From assembly GCA_963667035.1 (NCBI GenBank), contig OY762964.1, positions 96,001 to 160,000 of the forward strand: DNA of 64,000 nt, read 5' to 3'. The translations under genes and the position numbers were made by a program. The notes beneath the pieces are model-generated. The model was not told the DNA's origin. It did not search any database and worked only from the letters and a program-made list of their open reading frames with translations. This document shows positions 50,132 to 59,580 of this stretch, in pieces. Origin of the DNA: Candidatus Cloacimonadales bacterium (lineage in GTDB: Bacteria; Cloacimonadota; Cloacimonadia; Cloacimonadales; JAFGVF01). Every line of letters begins with the position of its first letter. The first letter of the stretch is position 1.

Positions 50132-51288
50132 TGAAAGATTTATACCCACCAATTGTTGATGGAAAGTCAGTCTATGATATTGACAGTCAGAAGTATCTTA
50201 AGATGTGGCAAGGACCTCAACATCCGGGAGTAACCGGAAACATGAGTCTTGAACTGGATATCAGCGGAGACCAGATTATCAAGTGTACCACACATGTCGG
50301 TTATCTTCATAGAGGATTCGAGAAACTTATGGAAAGACGCAGATACATTAATTGCTTTCCTATTGTTTGCAGGATATGTGTTCCCGAACCGGATACTAAT
50401 GAATACTTGTTTGCAACGGCTACCGAAGAGCTACTCGGAATTGACATACCCGAAAAAGCCAAATGGCTTAGAACTCTTGATCTTGAGCTTTCCAGACTTG
50501 CCAGTTTCTTGATGTGGATTGGAGGACAAAGCGGTTCTTTCGGTTCAGGAACTGTTGCTCAATGGGCTATTGCTCACAGGGATTATGTTCTTGATTTATT
50601 CGAGGAACTTTCAGGAGCAAGAATCTATCACATGTATATTATTCCGGGAGGAGTTAGAGGTGATTTACCAAGAGGCTGGATTGCACATGCTGAGTCTGTA
50701 TTGGCTAAAGTAGAGAAACTTCTAGATGAGATTAAATATGTTCTCTTTAATAATTCAGTCTTTAAAACAAGAGCGGTTGGACTTGGCGTCATTACAAAAG
50801 ATATGATTGATAAATACGGTATAGTCGGACCTAATGCCAGAGGGAGCGGAGTTAAAAGAGATGTTAGAAAAGATACTCCTTATCTGGTATACGATAAACT
50901 TGATTTTGAGATTATCACCGAGACTGCCGGAGATGCTTATGCAAGAGCTGTTGTCAGATGGAAGGAAATGTATCAATCCATCGATTTAATCAGACAGATT
51001 ATTAATAAAATGCCGGTTGAAGGTGATATCTATACAACTTTGCCGAATGTCCTGCATCTGAAAGTTCCGGCAGGAGAAACTTATGTTAAAGCGGAATCAA
51101 CCAGAGGAGAGTACGGTTATTATATGGTCTCGGACGGAACACCTTTCCCAAGGAAAGTAACCGTTAGAGGTCCTTCATATTCTCATGCAATGGCACTACT
51201 TGAAGATTTAGCCGTAGGTTGCAACATTGCTGACACTCATGGTATGATGCTATCATTGCATACTTATCCCCCAGAGATTGAGAGGTAG
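50131..51288 (+). CDS. NuoD-like catalytic subunit (MbxL type; no NiFe ligand pair at the C-terminus)
   Basis: GPQHPG, GYLHRGFEKL, RICVPE, ESTRGE, RGPSY; ends YPPEIER. Confidence 0.9.
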   Translation: MKDLYPPIVDGKSVYDIDSQKYLKMWQGPQHPGVTGNMSLELDISGDQIIKCTTHVGYLHRGFEKLMERRRYINCFPIVCRICVPEPDTNEYLFATATEELLGIDIPEKAKWLRTLDLELSRLASFLMWIGGQSGSFGSGTVAQWAIAHRDYVLDLFEELSGARIYHMYIIPGGVRGDLPRGWIAHAESVLAKVEKLLDEIKYVLFNNSVFKTRAVGLGVITKDMIDKYGIVGPNARGSGVKRDVRKDTPYLVYDKLDFEIITETAGDAYARAVVRWKEMYQSIDLIRQIINKMPVEGDIYTTLPNVLHLKVPAGETYVKAESTRGEYGYYMVSDGTPFPRKVTVRGPSYSHAMALLEDLAVGCNIADTHGMMLSLHTYPPEIER

Positions 51289-51293
51289 AAGTT

Positions 51294-53096
51294 ATGAGCT
51301 TAAAAGATGTAATATCTCCATTATATGTATGGAAAAGAGCTTTTGAAAAACCCTATTCCATAAAGACCCTGAAAGAACCGAGAATCGGAGCTGACAGATA
51401 CAGAGGATTTCACAAGAATGATTTGGATAAGTGCATTGGCTGTGGCTCATGTGCAGAGATATGCCAGAATGTATCGATTGAGATGAGACCTGTTTCCGAA
51501 ACTAAACACGGCGATAGCGGTCTTAGACCTAAAATAGATTACGGTCGCTGTTGTTGGTGTGCTCTTTGTGTGGATATATGCCCGTCAGGTTCCCTTACTA
51601 TGTCCAATGAATATATCTGGGTAGAAGAAGGTCTGGATAAAGATACAAGAGAAACATACTGCTATATTCCTGGAAAGGATGAGAAACCGTGGGATAATAA
51701 CGAAAAAGGCTACCAAAGACCTAAAGGTTATGAACTGACCAACTTGAAAAGAGTGGAAATGGATCAGTTACCGGCCGATGAAAGAGTAAAGTCATTCATT
51801 GAGATGGTTAAGGGCTTCTCTAAAGAGCAGGCAAAGAAAGAAGCCGACCGATGTATTGAGTGTGGTGTTTGTACCGCTACATGTCCCGGACACATGGATA
51901 TCCCAGGTTATATCAGAGCTATCAGAGAGGACAATCTGGAAGAAGGTTTCCGTATAATCTATGAGACAAATCCTCTTCCGGGAGTATGCGGAAGAATCTG
52001 TACAAGGCGTTGTGAAGAAGTATGCTCTCTTTCTCTTAGAGGAGAAGCGGTTTCAATAAGATGGTTGAAGAGATACATCATTGATAGTGTCGAGTCCATT
52101 GAGTATAAAGAGATTCTATCGGATAAGGTTCAACCTACCGGCAAGAAGATTGCTATTGTAGGAGCAGGTCCCGGTGGATTAAGTGCAGCATACTATCTAC
52201 TTCGTATGGGACATCAAGTCGAGATATATGAGAAGGATAGTGGTGCAGGCGGTATGCTCAGATATGGTATACCTGAATACAGATTGCCTTATGAGATGCT
52301 TGATAAAGACATAAACTTTATTGTCGAGTTAGGTGCCATACTTCATCTTGGTGTTCAGGTTGGTAAAGACATAAGCTTCGATAACCTTTATGATAACTAC
52401 GATGCTATTTTTGCCAGTATTGGTCTTTCAGACTCTTACAAAATAGGCATAGAAGGTGAAGACCTACCGGGAGTAACATCGGGACTTTCAGTGTTAAGAG
52501 ACGTTACGGAAGGGAAAGACCCTAACCTTGGAGATAATGTAGTCGTGATAGGTGGTGGTAACGTGGCAATGGATGCTGCAAGAACAGCTCGACACTTAGG
52601 GTGTAATGTTACGGTGCTTTATCGAAGAAGACTCGAAGATATGCCTGCTGATAAGGAAGAGATTCACGAAGCTATGGAAGAGGGAGTTTATTTCCAATTC
52701 CAAGGTATTCCGCTTAAGATTGAACAATCAGGTGACAAGCTTGATTTCATTTGGGGTGAAGCTGAAATGGTCGATAAAGGTGACGGCAAGCGTCCGGCTC
52801 CTGTTCTTATAGAAGGTAGTAAAAATGTGATTAAAGCTACCAAAGTCATTGCTGCGATCGGTCAGGAAGCTAACTACCAGTGGCTTGAAGGAGAAACTTC
52901 CAAGCAGGTTAAACTCGGTAAGCGTAATATTGAAGCTGACAGATGGGGTAAGACTGACGATCCCAAGATTTACGTTGGTGGAGATATGTTCAATCGAACT
53001 GCCGACGCTATCAGTGCTATTGCCGATGGACACCGTTCAGCACGTGCTATCGATAGTTATCTTAGCGGAGAAGAATTCCCTAAAAATAGATTTTAG
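51294..53096 (+). CDS. NuoI/MbxN-like 2x[4Fe-4S] domain fused to a GltD/NfnB-like FAD-NAD(P)H oxidoreductase
   Basis: RYRGFH, CIGCGSCAEIC, CCWCALCVDICP; then RCIECG.C...CP, CGRIC...CE..C, GAGPGG, YGIPEYRLP, GGGNVAMD, YRR. Confidence 0.9.
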   Translation: MSLKDVISPLYVWKRAFEKPYSIKTLKEPRIGADRYRGFHKNDLDKCIGCGSCAEICQNVSIEMRPVSETKHGDSGLRPKIDYGRCCWCALCVDICPSGSLTMSNEYIWVEEGLDKDTRETYCYIPGKDEKPWDNNEKGYQRPKGYELTNLKRVEMDQLPADERVKSFIEMVKGFSKEQAKKEADRCIECGVCTATCPGHMDIPGYIRAIREDNLEEGFRIIYETNPLPGVCGRICTRRCEEVCSLSLRGEAVSIRWLKRYIIDSVESIEYKEILSDKVQPTGKKIAIVGAGPGGLSAAYYLLRMGHQVEIYEKDSGAGGMLRYGIPEYRLPYEMLDKDINFIVELGAILHLGVQVGKDISFDNLYDNYDAIFASIGLSDSYKIGIEGEDLPGVTSGLSVLRDVTEGKDPNLGDNVVVIGGGNVAMDAARTARHLGCNVTVLYRRRLEDMPADKEEIHEAMEEGVYFQFQGIPLKIEQSGDKLDFIWGEAEMVDKGDGKRPAPVLIEGSKNVIKATKVIAAIGQEANYQWLEGETSKQVKLGKRNIEADRWGKTDDPKIYVGGDMFNRTADAISAIADGHRSARAIDSYLSGEEFPKNRF

Positions 53097-53100
53097 TATA

Positions 53101-53192
53101 AACCGGGGGCACGGACATCCCTGTCCGCTCTCCCTAATATGCCGGCTGGAAGCCGGCGTACCTGGTTATAAAAGCGGACTTGATGTCCGCTT
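53101..53192. repeat. REP-like palindrome cluster (inverted partial copy of unit A); may also act as the operon terminator
   Basis: GCCGGCTGGAAGCCGGCGTACC, CGGACATCCCTGTCCG, AAAAGCGGAC-TTGAT-GTCCGCTTTT. Confidence 0.75.
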
Positions 53193-53194
53193 TT

Positions 53195-54161
53195 TTACAA
53201 ATGAATGAAATACTTTATCCTCGAAGTTTTATTCAGCTCTAACCATTTATTTATAACTGGATTTCTAATCTTCCAATTGGATCGAAGGGCTTTTGCTAAT
53301 ATAATTAAATGCTTTTCGATAAAGATTCTGTTTAAGCTTGTAGGTGTTTTATCATAGTATTACTCAAGAATTTGGATGTAATAGTCTTGATACTTTTGGG
53401 GCCATTTTTTTTCTTTGAGAATATTGGAAAGAATGAGTGAAAGCGAAGATATGGCATATTCAAGTTTCGCTTCATCTTTTCTTAATATTTTCATTAATAA
53501 AGCAACAAAAGCAATCTCATTCTGATCTTTTTTATATAGTTTGACTAACAATGATTTGTTGATCAGTAGAAACTGATGCATATCACTTATCAATGAAAGA
53601 TCATTAAAAGAGAATAAGGAAGAACCTTTTTAATATTCTTTAAACTCCTCAAACTTGTTTAGGGATTCTTTTAATGCAAAATACATCTTATATATTTCCT
53701 CAACAGTCCAGTTTAAAAACACTTTTTTGTCTGTCCTTTTAAATGTATCTGATACATTAAAATAGTAACCTCCGTCACTTCTCCATTTCCCATTTGTATG
53801 AATACCATAAAAAAAACAACATTCTATCATTCTCTAGAAAGCTCTTACGAAACTTATTATCTATAGTAGGTCTATTGTCCGATTACTCCAAAATCAATTT
53901 CCAGTATTTCATATTATCTAAAGAAAAACTAGTGTCGTCAATCTTCTTTTTTATGTCTGATTTTAGAGATTTGCTAACTTCTAAATTGTAATAATGAATT
54001 CTCAATAAATCATTATTAGAAAGAGTCTCCTTTAATAATAATTCATTGATAACTGGTTCAATGTATCTATTAAAATTTTTATATATCTTGAATGCTGAGT
54101 AAACAAGTTTACCCATCACTCCTGAGAAGGCTTCGAAGGGTTCCATCATGAAGACTTCCAT
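53195..54161 (-). pseudogene. Degraded chimeric ORF: N-terminus paralogous to 58721-59176, remainder an unrelated stop-interrupted AT-rich gene fragment
   Basis: 53630-53830, 53360-53593 and 53195-53359 lie in one frame separated only by TAA stops; first 21 aa are MEVFMMEPFEAFSGVMGKLVY. Confidence 0.6.
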
Positions 54162-54523
54162 TTTGGATTACCGTTATCGCCTGGGAGTGATCAACTCTCC
54201 TACGCGATCCTTTTCTTGTATTTACCCTTCTGCAGTTAGGTATTAGTTTTAGATGCTAAATGCTTAATTATAAATGCTGAATTGGTATTGTGTTTCTTGT
54301 TTTTGTTTTTAATTTAGCTTTTAGCATTTACAATTTAGCATTGTATTTGCATTCAACTATAGATTATAGACTATTAACTATCACCTGTGAGATCTCGTCT
54401 CACTATCCCTTGCTCACAATATGCCCGGTTTAGTCACAAAATGGTAAAGTTTTTTATCCCCTGTTGAATTACAATTCTATAAATAAAAGAGTATATAGTT
54501 TTTTTCTAATTGCCTCTTTCTAT

Positions 54524-57382
54524 TTAGTTTTGTCTCTTTCGAGTTTTTAAACCTAAGAAATATTTATAAAGATATGCTATGCTATATTTTTTCCTTCCCC
54601 CATAAGTATGCTTTTCAGAGATTATACCATTTACAATTAACAAATCTTTTAAATCGTCTGGATTATCATGTGTAATATTCTGGTTCATTCTTATTATTTC
54701 TCTGAGAATCTCATAAAACTCTCTCTTTAAAAAATGATTATACTTATATTTACTATAATGGGGCAAATCTCTGAAATAGTCGATCACTACTTGTAAATCC
54801 TTATTCCCAGCTTCAGCAGCAAGGTCATTAAAATGATTTTTCACAGCTTCACCTCTAGCATCTGGAGAAGCATAGTACAGTGGTGATAGAATTGGGTTAA
54901 CATTACTATCATTACTAATCATAAATATATCTATAGCTTTCTTGATTAAATCAAGTAAAGGTCTTATACTCATAGTTGAATCTGCATTCTTTAAATTCCT
55001 AAAGAACCATTCATAACTTGATCCGTAAAATGCTATATTATCCCCTCTTCTATCAGCCGATTCTCCAAAAAATGAGTTAACATACGGCAACAAAATATCT
55101 TTATTGACAGGTATCTGATTATTATCAAAACTTCTTTCACTGGTTCCCTTTTTGACAAGATTATTGTTCTCATAATATTTTAACATACCCCTAAAGTCAT
55201 TTCCTACAGAAGCAAAAACCCATTTAAAGAAGAAACTCATGATTTCATCTTTATCCCACTCTAAATCAATGTTCTGAGATTTTAATTCTTGCTTATTGGT
55301 AATATTTCTCAATTTATTGAATAAATCTGTTCTAATAAATATTTTTGAGTAAATGTTTTCAAATGGGGATGTTCTCCAATACTTTATCAAGGGAGAAACA
55401 CACTTATCCCAATGAATTGGTAAAGCAACAAAATCTAATTGGTCAATCAGTATTAATAGCTTTGTTTTCCTTTCGTAAAGCCAGTTATCTACATATTTTA
55501 AACACTTTTCAAAGTAATTTACAACCTCATAATTGTTAATACACTTATCAAAATGAATTTTCATCTCACTTGTGTCAGTTATTGGTTTCATATATTTTTC
55601 AATAAAAGAACGCTCAATAGGTATTTTCCTATTTTTAATCTCAATAAATATTACATGCCATAAGTAAACTATCCAGAAGGCATTAAAGTATACTTCAGGA
55701 TCTTTTATTTCATCTACTTTTATCCATTTAGCAATTGTGAATAATCTATCTCGTTTATGATCACTCTGAACGGAAACAAGAGGAATCGTAATAATTTTAT
55801 CCATTATTTGAGCTTTACTCTTTAACTTCATCATGAACTTTTCATTTTGCAATGCCTTGTATAAGAAGGTTTTCCCTGTTCCTTTACTACCAATGAGCAA
55901 GAAATGCTTTTTTTGGAAAATATTATACATTTTAACTCTGTAGTAAAAATACTTATCAAGATATTCATCTGTGAAGATAATATCTTCAGCATACAAATCT
56001 AAACACTCTTCTTTCATTGTATTAAGTAGGTTTTTTCTTACATCTAAAACATTCTTATCTGAGACATTAGTAATTGCATTAATTCTATCAACATCTTCTT
56101 TTGTTTCTTCCAGTAGCTGCTTAGATATTGAATCCTTTAAACGATGTTGCAGTGAATTAAATAAATCGTTATAGTCATTAAATGCTTTCCTCGAAATTAA
56201 ATGTATAAAATTGTCTTTATTCTCAATGGAAGTTCCAATTTTACTTAACGTACTATTTCTAGTAATATTAAAGCACTCAATGATTGGAGGATCATCATCA
56301 ATATCAGCTTCAAATAGTTCTAAGATATATTGATCAATATCTTCTTTGAATTCATTGAATAGAGACCAATCATCATTAATTGCATTAACTATAAATGATT
56401 CTTTATTTACTCTGTTCTTTAAAGAATTTTCAATAAAAAAATATAGACCTGGTAAAGTTTGCTTATTGTTTCCGAAAAATCCAACGTTTATTTTTGATAA
56501 TCCGTTTGCTAAAAATGCAAAAATATCATTAAATCCTGTCCTACTATCTACTAATATAACATCAGGAGAATATTTACTACTTTCAAGCTTATTTAACATC
56601 AAAGTAAATTTATTTACAAGATGTTCTGAATCAGTAATATCTAAACGAGCTAAACCTTCTAGATAATGATCAATATTTCGATTTAATAAGTGATTATCAC
56701 CTTCAATAATACTTTCATCTAAATTCCCTGCTAACATCATATAAATTGAGCCTTCTCCTGAATACTCTTTATCAATTTCAAGTACATAATCCTCTACATT
56801 CACATTTTGCTCATATTGTGAATCCATTAAGTATTCCACAATCCCATTATGATGCTGCTGTGAAGATTGCCCTATACCGTAAAAGTTAGAATAACCTGGT
56901 GCTTCAAAATCACAATCTAAAATTAGCACTTTGTACTTACAATGAATTGACAAGTAAGATGCGAAACTTGCAAGGGTTGTACTTCTTCCAAGACCTCCTT
57001 TGTAACTGTAAAAAGTTACAATAGGTGTTTGCTGATATTGCATCAATTCAGGACAATTAAATTTGTCAATAATATGTGAAAGTCGTCTTCTGTATCCTAA
57101 ATCAATACGATTAACTTGAGAATTTGGATCTTTCAATTTATTAAACAAATCACTGTAATAAGAGTCATGCTGTAATCTTTCTTCATCGATAAGTTCAAAA
57201 AACGCTTTAGTTTTAATAAATACTTTTTCCACTCGTTTGTCATAACACTCATTATGAAAAATTATCACGTTAATTTGACCATTTACATTCAAAGTTATTC
57301 TGAAATCTACGATTAATCTTTCTTGTACAAAACGAGAAAGCTCATTGTTTAAATAATTTATTTGCTTGAAAACAAGTATCAT
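54524..57382 (-). CDS. ParA/MinD-like (KGGxGR variant) ATPase fused to a second P-loop NTPase; candidate defence/conflict protein
   Basis: TFYSYKGGLGRST, LDCDFEAPG, VILVDSRTG; second Walker A LIGSKGTGKT and Walker B LILIDQLD. Confidence 0.8.
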   Translation of the reverse strand: MILVFKQINYLNNELSRFVQERLIVDFRITLNVNGQINVIIFHNECYDKRVEKVFIKTKAFFELIDEERLQHDSYYSDLFNKLKDPNSQVNRIDLGYRRRLSHIIDKFNCPELMQYQQTPIVTFYSYKGGLGRSTTLASFASYLSIHCKYKVLILDCDFEAPGYSNFYGIGQSSQQHHNGIVEYLMDSQYEQNVNVEDYVLEIDKEYSGEGSIYMMLAGNLDESIIEGDNHLLNRNIDHYLEGLARLDITDSEHLVNKFTLMLNKLESSKYSPDVILVDSRTGFNDIFAFLANGLSKINVGFFGNNKQTLPGLYFFIENSLKNRVNKESFIVNAINDDWSLFNEFKEDIDQYILELFEADIDDDPPIIECFNITRNSTLSKIGTSIENKDNFIHLISRKAFNDYNDLFNSLQHRLKDSISKQLLEETKEDVDRINAITNVSDKNVLDVRKNLLNTMKEECLDLYAEDIIFTDEYLDKYFYYRVKMYNIFQKKHFLLIGSKGTGKTFLYKALQNEKFMMKLKSKAQIMDKIITIPLVSVQSDHKRDRLFTIAKWIKVDEIKDPEVYFNAFWIVYLWHVIFIEIKNRKIPIERSFIEKYMKPITDTSEMKIHFDKCINNYEVVNYFEKCLKYVDNWLYERKTKLLILIDQLDFVALPIHWDKCVSPLIKYWRTSPFENIYSKIFIRTDLFNKLRNITNKQELKSQNIDLEWDKDEIMSFFFKWVFASVGNDFRGMLKYYENNNLVKKGTSERSFDNNQIPVNKDILLPYVNSFFGESADRRGDNIAFYGSSYEWFFRNLKNADSTMSIRPLLDLIKKAIDIFMISNDSNVNPILSPLYYASPDARGEAVKNHFNDLAAEAGNKDLQVVIDYFRDLPHYSKYKYNHFLKREFYEILREIIRMNQNITHDNPDDLKDLLIVNGIISEKHTYGGRKKYSIAYLYKYFLGLKTRKRQN

Positions 57383-57391
57383 TATTTCTCC

Positions 57392-57898
57392 TTAAGGTGT
57401 TATGTGCTGGAGTATCTCGCTTCTATATTTTGTAGCAATGTTTAAAAAAGTATCAACATCATTTTCAGATATAGTTTGAGTGTTATTACAATATCGAGTC
57501 TTAATATTCCAACTTTTTACAATTGAAGGAATTACTTTGTTATATGTTTTGTCCAATAGTAAGACTTGTTTCGAAGATCGGCAATTACAAAGGATCCATT
57601 GTAATTTTTTTTCTATATCATGCCTATAAATCTGCAACACACTTGGATTTTGTCTATTTCTAAAAGCAACTGTACTTTCATTGAGGCTGTATAAAGAACT
57701 ACTTCTAGGATAATTAGATAACTCATATATGCAATATGAAGATATGCATTCTATAATGTGTCCAGCTAGATAGAATACATTGAGATTAATCATGTTTCTT
57801 TCGGAATTACTGGCAAGATTATTTCTTACTTTAACTAGCTCTTGGCAGTTGAACATAATTCTATAGGCAGAATCTTTGTAAACAAGATGACTACTCAT
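57392..57898 (-). CDS. HEPN-like small protein
   Basis: Probable ATG at 57898 after AAGGAG; FYLAGHIIEC...RHDIE...WNIKTRY pattern typical of HEPN helical bundles; 9 bp upstream of the ATPase gene. Confidence 0.55.
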   Translation of the reverse strand: MSSHLVYKDSAYRIMFNCQELVKVRNNLASNSERNMINLNVFYLAGHIIECISSYCIYELSNYPRSSSLYSLNESTVAFRNRQNPSVLQIYRHDIEKKLQWILCNCRSSKQVLLLDKTYNKVIPSIVKSWNIKTRYCNNTQTISENDVDTFLNIATKYRSEILQHITP

Positions 57899-58050
57899 TC
57901 TACTTGCACTCCTTAACACAAATTGATAACTTGAGTTTCTAATGTCAACTTATTTTTAGGTTGTATTATAAACTAGAAAAGTAAAACCTCTTTTTTTACA
58001 ATTGCTTAGAAGCATATATCCCAATTCTATTAAATCAAGCTAGTCTTCCT

Positions 58051-58219
58051 CATTTCTCCCTCATCTCCCGGCAGTAATTCCTGTGAGACACTAGGGAAAC
58101 CCTTGTGAAACACTCGGGTAATCCTTGGGTTAAATACCAAGAAGTAACCAATTTGTTAATAAGTTAAAATTAAAATGAGAACACTAATTACTACAGAGCG
58201 TAGAGAGGGAGAAGAAATG
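58051..58219. repeat. Dispersed hairpin element R2, copy 2 (diverged)
   Basis: GCAGTAATT...GGGTAATCCTTGGGTTAA...AATTACT shared with 41846-41981; outer IR CATTTCTCCCTC/GAGGGAGAAGAAATG. Confidence 0.75.
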
Positions 58220-58255
58220 CAAATGAAGAATAAAAGATTAAGAATGAAGAATTAA

Positions 58256-58482
58256 ACCACCCCGTCGACAAGTCTCCACCCTTCCATAGAGGGGAATTAA
58301 AAAAAGTTTGGGGTTTTGTGACTAAAACGAGGATTTTGTGAGCAAGGATAAGTGAGAGAGGAAAATAAAATGCTAAATTGTAAATGCTAAATGCTTAATG
58401 TTAAAAGCAAAGAGAATGCAAGATGCAAAATGATAAGAAACCATCCCGTCGACAAGTCGCTACCCCTCCACAGAGGGGAATG
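58256..58482. repeat. Two ~42-bp direct repeats bracketing a conserved upstream block with 7-bp tandem repeats
   Basis: CCA.CCCGTCGACAAGTC...ACCC.TCCA.AGAGGGGAAT at ~58257 and ~58441; (AAATGCT)n at ~58368-58398. Confidence 0.75.
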
Positions 58483-58513
58483 GTTCTACTTCACTAAAGC
58501 TATGTTCTGACTT

Positions 58514-58650
58514 TATAGCTCTGCGAGCTATGTGCAAGTGAGGGTACTTGCACTACAAACTGGGTACGCCGGCTTCTAGCCGGCAACTCTTTGCGGACAG
58601 GATGTCCGCATTCCGTTAAGATGCGAGCTGGAAGCTCGCGTACCCGGTAA
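58514..58650 (+). repeat. Composite REP/REPIN-like unit A, copy 1
   Basis: TAGCTCTGCGAGCTA, TGCAAGT..ACTTGCA, GCCGGCTTCTAGCCGGC, GCGGACAGGATGTCCGC, GCGAGCTGGAAGCTCGCGTACCC. Confidence 0.9.
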
Positions 58651-58720
58651 ACTTAGGAGTACATTGACTGTGTCAATGCACTCCGAAACAATTATAAACC
58701 AATCAAATAAGGAGATCATT

Positions 58721-59176
58721 ATGAAAAGTTATTTAGGATTCCCTTTCAAATCGATGTCCGGCAAACATGGAAAGCTTGTGTATTGCTGTGATGAAGATGG
58801 AAACATCATGTGGGTTCGAGAGTTTGTAATGCCGGAGATTACCGAGCATAATCACTACATGGGCAATGTTTCTAAACAGCTTGCAGTTTTCAAAAGTCTG
58901 CTCAATCCGGAGTATATCAATGATTTGAAAGATTATACCGATCGGTACAAACTAAGTTACCGACACAAATGTAGACCACCGAGTTATTCGGCGTTACTTA
59001 GAAAGATGATGTTTCAACTCAAAAAGAATGGTTATCCCGTTGATTTGTTAACAGTAACCCCGCAAGTAGTAGTAGATATCGGATTACCAATAAGGACAGT
59101 GAAAGAAGCAATTGAAAACGAATTGTTACCAATGATTCCGCGATATGATGATTTGACGCATTGGATTGTGGAGTGA
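58721..59176 (+). CDS. Hypothetical protein (151 aa; SGKxGKLVY N-terminal motif)
   Basis: AAGGAG RBS before ATG 58721; paralogous N-terminus at 54161. Confidence 0.8.
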   Translation: MKSYLGFPFKSMSGKHGKLVYCCDEDGNIMWVREFVMPEITEHNHYMGNVSKQLAVFKSLLNPEYINDLKDYTDRYKLSYRHKCRPPSYSALLRKMMFQLKKNGYPVDLLTVTPQVVVDIGLPIRTVKEAIENELLPMIPRYDDLTHWIVE

Positions 59177-59183
59177 AAAGGGG

Positions 59184-59544
59184 CGCCCCCTTTAGGGTCG
59201 TTGGTCATTGGGTACTCGTTTCCATGGGCTAAAGCACCATGGCTATTAATAGGTTATCCCTTCAGGATGGGGATATTAGTACTGCAACTCCCCTGAGTTG
59301 CTGTGACGACGAAGTCGGCAGATATAAAAAATCAACTAAAGTATATTTAGAATGTGATATAGCTCTGCGAGCTATGTGCAAGTGAGGGCACTTGCACTAC
59401 AAATCGGGACCGCAGGCTTCTAGTCGGCAACTCTCTGCGGACAAGATGTCCGCGTTCCTACAAGATGCGAGCTAGAAGCTCGCGTACCTGGTAAGATGTC
59501 TGCGTTCCTACAAGATGCGAGCAGGATGCTCGCGTACCCGGTAA
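59184..59544 (+). repeat. Composite repeat block B-C-A, copy 1
   Basis: CCCCTTTAGGGTCG..CCATGGG.TAAA..CCATGGCTA..CCCTTCAGGAT, then GATATTAGTACTGCAACTCCCCTGAGTTGC.., then unit A; repeated at 60731-61155. Confidence 0.9.
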
Positions 59545-59580
59545 AATGGCGACCGATATACGGTCGCCATATTTACATGA

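Noticed and set aside
50131..51288. Group 4 [NiFe]-hydrogenase large subunit
   Set aside because: Lacks the C-terminal DPCxxC nickel-binding motif
53195..53885. Stop-codon reassignment or readthrough (several in-frame TAA)
   Set aside because: TAA terminates many intact genes in the window, and a frameshift is also needed; pseudogene decay is simpler
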